DNA from: an uncultured Thermoleophilia bacterium
GTDB taxonomy: Bacteria; Actinomycetota; Thermoleophilia; UBA2241
DNA: 32,536 nucleotides
Direction of reading: 5' to 3'
Assembly (NCBI GenBank): GCA_964538465.1
Contig: CAZIGT010000003.1
Coordinates: forward strand, 1 to 32,536
Part shown: positions 18,073 through 26,565 of the stretch, in pieces
How the letters are laid out: the number at the start of each line of letters is the position of its first letter
Numbering within the stretch: the first letter of the stretch is position 1
Program-made: the position numbers and the translations under genes
Notes under the pieces: generated by a model
What the model was told of the DNA's origin: nothing
Database searches by the model: none
The model's input: only the letters and a program-made list of their open reading frames with translations

Positions 18073-19511
18073 GAGTGCTCCTTGCTCTTGAAGTCGATGA
18101 TCAGCGGCACTCCCTCGAGGTGGAACTCGCTGCGCAGCCGGTTCTCCACGTAGTAGCCGAAGTCGCGTGTGACCAGACGGCGGTCGTTCACCTCGATGGC
18201 GAATCGTGGCGGCGCGACGGCGAATTGGCTCATGTAGTAGGCCTTGAGGCGGCGGTTCCCCTGGCGCGGCGCCGGGCGCGCGGCGAGCACGGCTCCCAGC
18301 GCCCGGTTGAGCGCCGGCGTGGCCACACGGCTCGTGTAGCGCCCGTGCAACCGGCCCACCAGCGTGAGAAGCCTGTCGACGCCCGCGCCCGTCTGGGCGG
18401 ACACGGCCACCACCGGCGGGCGCTGTCGCAACTTGGACGACGCCAGCGCTCGCAGGTCCTCCAACTCCGGGGCCAGCAGGTCGCACTTGTTCACGGCGAG
18501 CACGGTCGCACAGCCCCTCCGCGTCGCCTCGGCGGCGATGCTCAGATCCAGTTCCCCCAGGCCGACCGTCACGTCGACGACCACGATCGCCACGTGGGCT
18601 CTCTCCAGAGTCTGCAGGCTGCGGAGGTAGGCGTAGTACTCGACACCGCTGACCTTGGCGGCTTTGCGCATGCCCGCCGTGTCGACGAAGGCGAACCGTC
18701 CGTGGTCCGTTGCGATCGTGGTGTCGATGGCGTCGCGCGTGGTTCCGGGAATCTCGCTGACGATGGTCCTCGGGCCGCCCACGATCGTGTTGAAGAGGCT
18801 CGATTTGCCGGCATTCGGGCGTCCGACGATGGCGATGGGGATGGCGGGCCCGGCCTCCGAAACCAAACGCTCTCCCCGCTCCGGCGTCACATGCTCGAGT
18901 CGCCGCACGATCTCGTCCAAGAGGTCGCCGACGCCGAGGCCGTGCACCGCCGAGATCGGCATGGCCTCCCCCACGCCGAGCTCGAAGAGGTCGGCCAGGG
19001 CCTGCTGCGCGCGACGGGGGTCGTCGACCTTGTTGGCGAGCAGCAGGAGAGGCAGACGTGTGCGCCGCAGGACGTCGGCCATCTCATGGTCGGCCGGCAG
19101 CGGCCCGTTGCGCGCGTCGACGACAAAGAGGACCAGGTCGGCCTCGCCGAGGGCCGTCTCGACCTGGTCGCGTATGTGTCCGGCGAACGGCGAGCCATCC
19201 GCAAGGTCGAAGCCGCCGGTGTCGACCATGTCGAACCAGATGCCGTTCCACTCGACCGGGACGGTCTTGCGATCGCGGGTGACACCGGGAGTCTCGTGTA
19301 CGACGGTGGTGCGCGAACCGCTCAGGCGGTTGATCAGAGTGGATTTGCCGGCGTTCGGGGCGCCGACGACGACCACGGTCGCCCGCGGCTCGTCGTCCGG
19401 GGGGCTCTGCACGCCGGCATGTCCCCGCGGCTCCTTCTCGGAATCGCGGCGCCCGCCCGGCCGTTTCCCGCTCCGCTCCGCGGTCTCTCGCTTGCCCCTC
19501 TGTTCGGTCAT
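18069..19511 (-). CDS. der: Ribosome-biogenesis GTPase Der (EngA)
   Basis: Two tandem GTPase domains (GAPNAGKSTLINRL...DTGG...NKVD and GRPNAGKSSLFNTI...DTAG...NKCD) plus a KH-like C-terminus. ATG at 19509-19511 (MTEQRGK) forms ATGA with the upstream stop. It has a ~45-aa basic N-terminal extension. Confidence 0.92.
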   Translation of the reverse strand: MTEQRGKRETAERSGKRPGGRRDSEKEPRGHAGVQSPPDDEPRATVVVVGAPNAGKSTLINRLSGSRTTVVHETPGVTRDRKTVPVEWNGIWFDMVDTGGFDLADGSPFAGHIRDQVETALGEADLVLFVVDARNGPLPADHEMADVLRRTRLPLLLLANKVDDPRRAQQALADLFELGVGEAMPISAVHGLGVGDLLDEIVRRLEHVTPERGERLVSEAGPAIPIAIVGRPNAGKSSLFNTIVGGPRTIVSEIPGTTRDAIDTTIATDHGRFAFVDTAGMRKAAKVSGVEYYAYLRSLQTLERAHVAIVVVDVTVGLGELDLSIAAEATRRGCATVLAVNKCDLLAPELEDLRALASSKLRQRPPVVAVSAQTGAGVDRLLTLVGRLHGRYTSRVATPALNRALGAVLAARPAPRQGNRRLKAYYMSQFAVAPPRFAIEVNDRRLVTRDFGYYVENRLRSEFHLEGVPLIIDFKSKEHS

Positions 19512-20800
19512 GGTCCGGGCAGTGTAGCAAAGGCATCGCCCAGACCGTCTGCGACTACCAGGCGACCGTGGCACGCCTCGCTCAGAGCGGATTCCGTGAC
19601 GTCGTCGAGCGTGCGCCCCAGATCGGCCGGCAAGAAGGCGCGCGGCGCAAGCAGCCATTCATCCAGCGCGAGTGGCCGCTCCTGAAGGGCGCGGAGGACG
19701 TCCGCACCGCCAAGCAGACCGCTCACGGTGACATGCGCGCCGAACAGGCGATTCTCGACCGAGAAGGCGCGCGCGGCTCCCAGGGTACGGCACGCCCGCG
19801 CCACCAGAGGCTCGGCCAGCGTGCCACACAGTAGCGCGACCGGCGGTACGTTCCCGTTCGAGCACCGAGCGGACCGCACCTCGGCGGCTTCACGCAGGAA
19901 CGTCGCCGCCATGCCGATCCCGTTCTCGTACTGCTGCGGCGCATCGGTCGCGGGAGGCTCCAGGCCGGCGAGCAGGTAGATCTCGTCGGCGGCATGAACG
20001 AAGCGACGGCCGAGGCGCTGCGCGAGCGGTGGCTGCAGCGCTTCGACCAGTTCGGCGGTCGCGCGAGCATCGGCGAGGCTGACCCGCCGCAGCACACCCT
20101 CGGCGGCCAGTGAGACCGGCACCACGCCCACATCCCGGATACCGTCGACGTCCGCCAGACGCAGCACGGTCTCCCGCAGGGTCTCGCGGTCGTTGTGCCC
20201 AGGGCAGAGCACGACCTGCACGTGCATTTCGATGCCGGCAGCCGCTAGGCGCTGAAGATGCCCGCGCGTCGACCGTGTGGCCGGACCCATGAGCCGTGTT
20301 CGCACCTCGTCGTCCCAGGCGTGGAGCGACACGTACAGCGGTGAGAGGCGAAGGCGCTCGATCCGGCGGAGGTCACGTTCGGCCAGGTTGCTCAGGGTGA
20401 TGAAGTTGCCGTGCAGGAACGAGAGGCGGTAGTCGTCGTCCTTGATGTAGAGGGATGCCCGCAGGCCACGGGGCATCTGATCGACGAAACAGAAGCTGCA
20501 GGCGTTCATGCAGGTGCGCGCCTCGTCGCCAAGGCCGCCTGCCAGCTCGATGCCGTGCCACTCGCCGCGGTCGGGTACGACCCGCAGAGCGACGCGTCGT
20601 TCGCCGCGCGCCGCCACGAGATCGAACGCGCCGTCCGCGGCCGCCCAGTCGAGATCGAGGACGTCGACGGGGACGGCACCGTCGATCTCGACCAGGCGGT
20701 CGCCCGTCCGCAGGCCGGCGCGGGCGGCCGGCCCGGCCACGGCGGCCACCGTAAGTCCCGGCGCCTGCTTCGAGGACGCGGACGCGGCGCGGCGGGTCAT
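19508..20800 (-). CDS. PDZ-domain / radical SAM / DUF512-type protein of unknown function
   Basis: 430 aa from ATG 20798-20800. It has a PDZ-like GLRTGDRLVEIDG and a radical-SAM cluster motif CMNACSFC (CxxxCxxC, 20489-20512). The C-terminal region resembles the DUF512 family commonly found upstream of der in Firmicutes-like gene orders. Confidence 0.7.
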   Translation of the reverse strand: MTRRAASASSKQAPGLTVAAVAGPAARAGLRTGDRLVEIDGAVPVDVLDLDWAAADGAFDLVAARGERRVALRVVPDRGEWHGIELAGGLGDEARTCMNACSFCFVDQMPRGLRASLYIKDDDYRLSFLHGNFITLSNLAERDLRRIERLRLSPLYVSLHAWDDEVRTRLMGPATRSTRGHLQRLAAAGIEMHVQVVLCPGHNDRETLRETVLRLADVDGIRDVGVVPVSLAAEGVLRRVSLADARATAELVEALQPPLAQRLGRRFVHAADEIYLLAGLEPPATDAPQQYENGIGMAATFLREAAEVRSARCSNGNVPPVALLCGTLAEPLVARACRTLGAARAFSVENRLFGAHVTVSGLLGGADVLRALQERPLALDEWLLAPRAFLPADLGRTLDDVTESALSEACHGRLVVADGLGDAFATLPGP

Positions 20801-21762
20801 CGGGCGAACGGCAGCGACGCCACCGCCATCACCGCCGCCTCGATCTCTTCTTCGGGAGTCGAGGCGCCGGCGGTCACACCTATGGTGCGGCAGCCCGCCA
20901 TCCATGAGGGTTCGACTTCCGCGGCGCGCTCCAGATGGAAGGTGCGCGGCTGTATTTCGCGGCACAGGGACGCGAGTCGCCGCGTATTGGCGCTGTTGCG
21001 ACCGCCTACCACCAGCACGCAGTCGACCTCCCGCGCCATGTCGCAAGCAGCCTTCTGACGCTGCTGCGTCGCTTCGCAGATCGTGTTGTACACGAGGGTC
21101 TCACGCGCGAGGGGTGCCACCGCCGCGGCGAGCGCAGAGAGCGCGGCGTATGTCTGTGTCGTCTGCACGACGACGCCGACCCGCTTGTCCGCGATCACAT
21201 CCTGGGCAAGCTCGGAGGCCCGCTCCACGACCAGCGCTTCCGGGCCGCCGCACGCCTTGATCCCGGCGACCTCGGGGTGGTCGCGCTCGCCGAGGATCAG
21301 AACGACGTAACCTTCCTGGCAGAGCGCTGCGGCCTTGCGCTGGGCAACGGTGACGAAGGGGCAGGTGGCGTCGATGACCTGCATGCCGCGGTCACGAGCG
21401 TCCGTGACGATGTCGGGCGGCACGCCGTGCGTGCGCACCAGGACGGTGCCGCCTTCGACGTCATCAAGGGATTCGACTGCCCGCACCCCGCGCGCGGCGA
21501 GGTCTTCGACGACTCCCGGGTTGTGGATCAGGGGTCCGAGTGTGGCGATGGGCCCCTGGACGCTGTCGGCGGCCTCCAGTGCCATGCGCAGCGCACGCTG
21601 TACCCCGTAGCAGTAGCCGGCGTGACGCGCGACGACGATCCTGCGTCCCGACGGCGTATCGACGACGCGTCCGGGCGTGGTGGGAGACGGTCTGCCGCTG
21701 AGCTTGCCCGCGTCACCCTCGCGTCCACCTGTCTCACGTGACTCGCCCACCGCTGCCGTCAC
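20797..21762 (-). CDS. ispH: 4-hydroxy-3-methylbut-2-enyl diphosphate reductase
   Basis: RRIVVARHAGYCYGVQRAL, GPLIHNP, ATCPFVT and SANTRRL motifs. The ORF-track start at 21774 is a TTG. I prefer GTG at 21760-21762, which forms GTGA with the plsC stop. Either start leaves a ~40-aa N-terminal extension. Confidence 0.88.
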   Translation of the reverse strand: MTAAVGESRETGGREGDAGKLSGRPSPTTPGRVVDTPSGRRIVVARHAGYCYGVQRALRMALEAADSVQGPIATLGPLIHNPGVVEDLAARGVRAVESLDDVEGGTVLVRTHGVPPDIVTDARDRGMQVIDATCPFVTVAQRKAAALCQEGYVVLILGERDHPEVAGIKACGGPEALVVERASELAQDVIADKRVGVVVQTTQTYAALSALAAAVAPLARETLVYNTICEATQQRQKAACDMAREVDCVLVVGGRNSANTRRLASLCREIQPRTFHLERAAEVEPSWMAGCRTIGVTAGASTPEEEIEAAVMAVASLPFAR

Positions 21763-22409
21763 GCCTCCCGCCAAACGGCGATCACGGCGTCGCGGATCCG
21801 CGTGGTCGCCGCCTCGTACACCTCGCCCTTGCGCCCCTCCAGCCCCGACAGATCGACCGGCGGGCCTATCGTCACGGTCACGCGGGCGGGGACCGGGACG
21901 TGGTGGCGCACGAGTCGCTTGGTACCCTTGAGAGCCACTGGGAGCACGGGCGCTCCGCTGCGTATCGCCATCATGCCGATGCCGGCGTGGAAGTCATGGA
22001 CTTCGTCGTCGTGGTAACGATGTCCCTCCGGGAACATGAGCAGGACCTCTCCGCGAGCGATGATGTCAAGGGAGGCACGCAGCGCCTCGATGTCGGCGCC
22101 GCCGCGGCGGATGGGGAATGCTCCGAGCTGAGTGACGACCCACCGGTAGAGGGGCCTCTCGAAGATCTCCGCCTTCGCCATGAAGCGAAGCGGTCGCCGG
22201 AAGGCAAGCCCCGCCAGGATGGGGTCCCCCCAGCTCTTGTGTGTCACCGCAAGGATGACCCCTCCGGCGGCAGGCAGGTTCTGGCCGCCGCGCACGCGGT
22301 ACCGATACCAGGGCACGACCAGCAGGCCGAACAGGGCCCGGAGGAACGCGTACAGCCCCGGGTCGCCCTTGCCGATCAGTGAGATACCGCGTGCTTTCCA
22401 CGGGTTCAA
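21759..22409 (-). CDS. plsC: 1-acyl-sn-glycerol-3-phosphate acyltransferase
   Basis: HxxxxD motif (VTHKSWGDP) and FPEG motif (LMFPEGHR). The listed ORF's N-terminus overlaps cmk out of frame and is spurious. The only in-frame start near the cmk stop is TTG at 22407-22409 (TTGA overlap), so the start call is moderate. Confidence 0.8.
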   Translation of the reverse strand: MNPWKARGISLIGKGDPGLYAFLRALFGLLVVPWYRYRVRGGQNLPAAGGVILAVTHKSWGDPILAGLAFRRPLRFMAKAEIFERPLYRWVVTQLGAFPIRRGGADIEALRASLDIIARGEVLLMFPEGHRYHDDEVHDFHAGIGMMAIRSGAPVLPVALKGTKRLVRHHVPVPARVTVTIGPPVDLSGLEGRKGEVYEAATTRIRDAVIAVWREA

Positions 22410-23071
22410 CGTGACACGGATCCCGTCTCGAGGGCGAGCCGCTCGAGGGCGTCGACCACCTCGTCGATGCACATGTCCGAGGTGTCCAGTTCTGTGGCGC
22501 CTCCGGCGAGGCGCAGCGGCGCCACCGGGCGGCTGGAGTCGTACCGATCGCGGGCCTCGATGGCGGCCAGCGTCTCGGCGGCGCTGCTGTGCTCGCCTTT
22601 GGCGACCAGTTCCTTGCGCCGTCGCTCGGCTCGTACCTCCGGCCGTGCCGTCAGGAACACCTTCACCGCCGCCTCTGGGCACACCACGCTGCCTATGTCG
22701 CGGCCTTCCATCACCACGTCCGCGGTGTCGGCGAGCCTGCGCTGCTCCTCCACGAGCAGGTCGCGCACCGCTGCATGCGCGGACACTTCGGACACGGCCG
22801 CGGACACCGACGGCCGTCTGATCTCCTCGGTGACGTCGCGGTCGCGTGCCATCACTTTGCCGTCCTGTGTGAAACGGATGTGCGCGGCCCTGGTCAGCGC
22901 GGCCAGCGAAGCGCTGTCGTCGAGCGCCACGCCGTCCTGCAGCGCCAGCAGGGCGACCGCCCTGTACATGGCGCCGGTATCCAGGTAGAGGAACCCGAGC
23001 CGGGTCGCCAGAGCGCGCGCCACGGTGCTCTTGCCTGATCCGGCCGGGCCGTCGATAGCTATCACGGTCAT
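22406..23071 (-). CDS. cmk: Cytidylate kinase
   Basis: 221 aa: MTVIAIDGPAGSGKSTVARALA P-loop, YLDTGAMYRA, GRDIGSVV. Confidence 0.92.
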   Translation of the reverse strand: MTVIAIDGPAGSGKSTVARALATRLGFLYLDTGAMYRAVALLALQDGVALDDSASLAALTRAAHIRFTQDGKVMARDRDVTEEIRRPSVSAAVSEVSAHAAVRDLLVEEQRRLADTADVVMEGRDIGSVVCPEAAVKVFLTARPEVRAERRRKELVAKGEHSSAAETLAAIEARDRYDSSRPVAPLRLAGGATELDTSDMCIDEVVDALERLALETGSVSR

Positions 23072-24385
23072 CTAGCGCAGCACCTCCATCAGGGTCTGCC
23101 GGAATCCGGGGAACGACACGGTCGAGGCATCAAAGCCGGAGACGTCGACACCTTGCTCCGACACCAGTCCTGCCACGGCCCCCAGCATGGCGAGCCGGTG
23201 ATCGCCCCGGCTCTCGACGCGGCCGCCACGCAAGCGTCCGGGCAGCACGCGGAACGAGTCTGGTCCTACGTCGATGCGCCCGCCGAGTTCGGTGACTATC
23301 CGGCCCACGGCGGCCAGCCTGTCCGATTCCTTCACGCGAAGCTCCCCCACCCCCTCGACCAACGTCTCTCCCTCGGCGGCCGTCGCTAGCAGAGCCACGA
23401 GCGGCACCTCGTCGATGAGCAGAGGCACCTCGTCCGGCGACACGTGAACGCCGTGCAGCGGCGCGTGACGCGCGACCAAGGGCCCCTGTGGCTCACCCTC
23501 CCCTGCCATCGCCGTCCAGGTGATGTCGGCGCCCATGCGCCGCATGACCTGGTAGAGGCCCATGCGCGTGGGATTCAGGTCGACCCCGGTCACCGTCAGA
23601 TCCGATCCCGGGAGCAGCGCCGCGGCGGCGACGAGGAACGCCGCGGAGCTGGGGTCGCCCGGAACGGTGACCTCGTCGAGGTGCAGCTGCGGGCGACCGG
23701 TGACAGTGATCTCGCCGCCCGCCACCGTCACTTCTGCTCCGGCCTGTGCAAGCAGTCGTTCGGTGTGGTCGCGGCTGGGCACGCGCTCCACGACCTGGGT
23801 GCGTCCCTCTGCGTGCAGGCCGGCCAGCAGCACGCACGACTTCACCTGCGCGCTCGCGACTGGCAGTTCATACCGCAGCGGCCGGACCTGCCCCCCCATG
23901 ATCGACAGCGGGAGGAAGCTGCCGTCTCGTGCCGCCACGTCCACGCCCATGGCCTGGAGCGGCGCGACGATGCGGTCCATCGGCCGGCGACGCAGGCTCC
24001 GGTCGCCGTCGATCACGAAGCATCCGCTGCCACCGGCGAAGAGACCGGCCAGCAGACGGACGCTCGTGCCACTGTTGCCGGCGTCCATGGGCGCCGCAGG
24101 AGCCGCCAGGCCGTCGAGGCCGACCCCGTGCACCACGACATCGCCGGTGTCGGCTTCGCGGCGCGGGCCGCTCTCGGCAGGTTCGATGCGCACGCCGGCG
24201 GCTCGCAGACAGGCGGCTGTGGACCGCGTGTCTCCCGCCCAGAGCGGCCTGCGCACCACCACCGGCCCATCGCACACGGCCGCGATCATGAGCGCCCGGT
24301 GGGTGATCGACTTGTCGCTCGGGACCGCCAGGCTGCCGCGCAGCGGTCCTCGAGCAGGCGCGAAGCGCACCGTCTCTTCGTTCAC
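23072..24385 (-). CDS. aroA: 3-phosphoshikimate 1-carboxyvinyltransferase (EPSP synthase)
   Basis: 437 aa: LAVPSDKSITHRALM, NSGTSVRLLAG, KESDRL, DHRLAM. GTG start at 24383-24385 with GAGGAAG upstream. Its TAG stop abuts the cmk ATG. Confidence 0.92.
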   Translation of the reverse strand: MNEETVRFAPARGPLRGSLAVPSDKSITHRALMIAAVCDGPVVVRRPLWAGDTRSTAACLRAAGVRIEPAESGPRREADTGDVVVHGVGLDGLAAPAAPMDAGNSGTSVRLLAGLFAGGSGCFVIDGDRSLRRRPMDRIVAPLQAMGVDVAARDGSFLPLSIMGGQVRPLRYELPVASAQVKSCVLLAGLHAEGRTQVVERVPSRDHTERLLAQAGAEVTVAGGEITVTGRPQLHLDEVTVPGDPSSAAFLVAAAALLPGSDLTVTGVDLNPTRMGLYQVMRRMGADITWTAMAGEGEPQGPLVARHAPLHGVHVSPDEVPLLIDEVPLVALLATAAEGETLVEGVGELRVKESDRLAAVGRIVTELGGRIDVGPDSFRVLPGRLRGGRVESRGDHRLAMLGAVAGLVSEQGVDVSGFDASTVSFPGFRQTLMEVLR

Positions 24386-24395
24386 TCGCGCTTCC

Positions 24396-25520
24396 TCAAT
24401 CGGTGACCCGGCCGATGATCGGCTCGTAGCCGAGGTCGCTCAACAGTGCGGCGGCCCGGTTGCAGACCTCTTCACCCTGCAGGAACACGGTCAACGTACC
24501 GCCCAGTTCGGCGCTCTGGTGATGCATGGCGAGGTCCTCGATGTTGATATGGGCATCGCCCAGCGCGACCATGATGTCGCGGAATACGCCCGGCCGGTCG
24601 GCGACGTGCACGACTAGACGGTACAGCTCGCTCGGCGCCAGGCTGCTTTCGCGGAGCAGTCGCTCGCGATGCTGGGCGGCTCGGCGGATCTGGGCTTCCA
24701 TGCGCTGCTCGTCCTGGGCTTCAAGGGCTGCCGTGGCTTCCTCGAGGCGGGCGCGGAAGTCGCGTAGGGCGGCCAGCAGCGCCTCGCGGTTCTCGGCGAA
24801 GATGTCCGTCCAGACGCGCGCGTTCGCCCCGGCCACGCGCGTCATGTCGCGGAAGCTGGGCCCGGCGCTGAGAAGCGCGTCGCGTGCTCCCTGGTGCTCG
24901 CCGGCCTGCGTCATGAGAGCGTTGGCTATGACATGCGGCAGATGGCTCAGCAGCGCCATGAGGCGGTCGTGCTCGAAGGGATCGACCGCCATGGGACGCG
25001 CGCCCACCTCCGCGAGCAGGCTGAAGAGTCGCTGTACGGCCTGAGGATCGGTGTGGGCGCCGGGCGTGAGGAAGTACGTGGCGCCCCGGTACAGGGACGA
25101 CCGGGCATGTACCACGCCCATTGTCTCGGCTCCACAAAGAGGGTGGCCACCTACGAAGCGGCGCTGCTCCTCGCGCGTGAGGACCGCCATGAGGGGGCTC
25201 TTGGTGGACCCCATGTCGGTGACTACCGCCTGATCCGGCGCCGCGGCCAGCGCCCGCCGCACGTGCTCCGGGATCAGGCGCACCGGCGTGGCTACGAACA
25301 CGACGTCGGCCTCCCGACACGCGTCCTCAAGGGTCGCGCACGGCTCGGTGATGGCACCCAGCCGCAAAGCCGTCGAGAGCGTCTCCTCGCTGCGGCTGAA
25401 TCCCACGACACGGCGGACGCCGGCGTGGGCGCGTGCGGCGAGGCCGAGCGAGCCGCCCATAAGGCCCACCCCGATGATGGCCACCGTCGTGGCCGCGAAC
25501 GGGCTCTCAGCCTCGGTCAT
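24396..25520 (-). CDS. tyrA: Prephenate dehydrogenase with C-terminal ACT domain
   Basis: VAIIGVGLMGGSLGLA Rossmann motif, HPLCG, and a C-terminal ACT-like segment. I prefer ATG 25518-25520 (MTEAESPF), which has GGGAGG 4 nt upstream. The listed start at 25571 would overlap the DAHP synthase gene. Confidence 0.85.
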   Translation of the reverse strand: MTEAESPFAATTVAIIGVGLMGGSLGLAARAHAGVRRVVGFSRSEETLSTALRLGAITEPCATLEDACREADVVFVATPVRLIPEHVRRALAAAPDQAVVTDMGSTKSPLMAVLTREEQRRFVGGHPLCGAETMGVVHARSSLYRGATYFLTPGAHTDPQAVQRLFSLLAEVGARPMAVDPFEHDRLMALLSHLPHVIANALMTQAGEHQGARDALLSAGPSFRDMTRVAGANARVWTDIFAENREALLAALRDFRARLEEATAALEAQDEQRMEAQIRRAAQHRERLLRESSLAPSELYRLVVHVADRPGVFRDIMVALGDAHINIEDLAMHHQSAELGGTLTVFLQGEEVCNRAAALLSDLGYEPIIGRVTD

Positions 25521-25546
25521 TCCGCCTCCCGGTCCTCGGCCGGTCG

Positions 25547-26563
25547 CTACCCCATCGATTTCCCGGTCCACTTGACCAGGTCTGCTACGCGACCGGCGTA
25601 CTCGCCGAACGTCCGCGTGGGCAGCGACTGGGGTCCGTCACAGAGTGCCAGCTCGGGGTTCGGATGCGTCTCCACGATGATACCGTCGGCGCCTGCCGCG
25701 ATCGCCGCCAGAGACAACGGAAGCACCAGGTCCACACGCCCGGCCGAATGGCTTGGGTCCACCAGCACGGGCAGATGGCTTGCCTGCTTGATGACCGGCA
25801 CAGCGGAGATGTCGAGAGTGTTGCGCGTGCTCGTCTCAAACGTACGTATGCCGCGCTCGCAGACTATGACGTTGCGATTGCCTTCCTTGACGATGTACTC
25901 GGCGGCCATGAGCAGCTCCTCGATGGTCGCCGACGCCCCGCGCTTCAGGAGAACGGGCAGGCCGGCCTTCCCGACCTCCGAGAGAAGCTGGAAGTTCTGC
26001 ATATTGCGGGCGCCGATTTGGATGACGTCCACGAACTCGAGCATGGCCTCGAGATCGCGGGGGTCCATCAGTTCGGTGACCACCGGCAACCCGGTCTCGT
26101 CGCGGGCGGCCGCGAGCATGCGCAGGCCGTCCACCCCGAGACCCTGGAAAGCGTACGGCGACGTGCGTGGCTTGAACGCACCGCCGCGCATCATCGTGCC
26201 GCCGGCGGCCTGGACCGCCTTGGCCGCCGCCATGACCTGCTCGGGTGTCTCCACCGAGCAGGGTCCGGCGATGAGGGCGAAGTGACCGCCGCCGACCTTG
26301 CGGCCGCGGATGTCGATGACCGTGTCCGTGGCCTGGAACTCGCGGCTGACCAGCTTGTACGGCTTGAGGATGGCCAGCACACGGTCGACGCCGGGGTATG
26401 CCTCTATGGGCAACGCGGTGAGCTGCTCGCGGTCGCCGATGGCGCCGACGACCGTCACCCGCTCTCCCTCGGAGACGTGCGCGGCGGCGCCGACCTCTTC
26501 GATGCGGGCAACCACCTGGGCGATCTGTTCCTGCGTCGCCCCCTCCTGCATGACGATCATCAT
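25547..26563 (-). CDS. aroF: 3-deoxy-7-phosphoheptulonate (DAHP) synthase, type I-beta, with N-terminal ferredoxin-like regulatory domain
   Basis: 338 aa from ATG 26561-26563 (MMIVMQEG). The N-terminal ~70-aa regulatory domain resembles the Thermotoga type. Catalytic motifs GPCSVE, FKPRTSPYAFQGLG and VDPSH are present. The upstream part of the listed ORF is spurious. Confidence 0.88.
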   Translation of the reverse strand: MMIVMQEGATQEQIAQVVARIEEVGAAAHVSEGERVTVVGAIGDREQLTALPIEAYPGVDRVLAILKPYKLVSREFQATDTVIDIRGRKVGGGHFALIAGPCSVETPEQVMAAAKAVQAAGGTMMRGGAFKPRTSPYAFQGLGVDGLRMLAAARDETGLPVVTELMDPRDLEAMLEFVDVIQIGARNMQNFQLLSEVGKAGLPVLLKRGASATIEELLMAAEYIVKEGNRNVIVCERGIRTFETSTRNTLDISAVPVIKQASHLPVLVDPSHSAGRVDLVLPLSLAAIAAGADGIIVETHPNPELALCDGPQSLPTRTFGEYAGRVADLVKWTGKSMG

Positions 26564-26565
26564 GC

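Noticed and set aside
24396-25571. The upstream start (25571, MDREIDGVATGRG...) for tyrA given by the ORF track.
   Set aside because: It would overlap the DAHP synthase gene by 25 nt and has no SD. ATG 25518-25520 has GGGAGG 4 nt upstream and leaves a normal N-terminus before the Rossmann motif.
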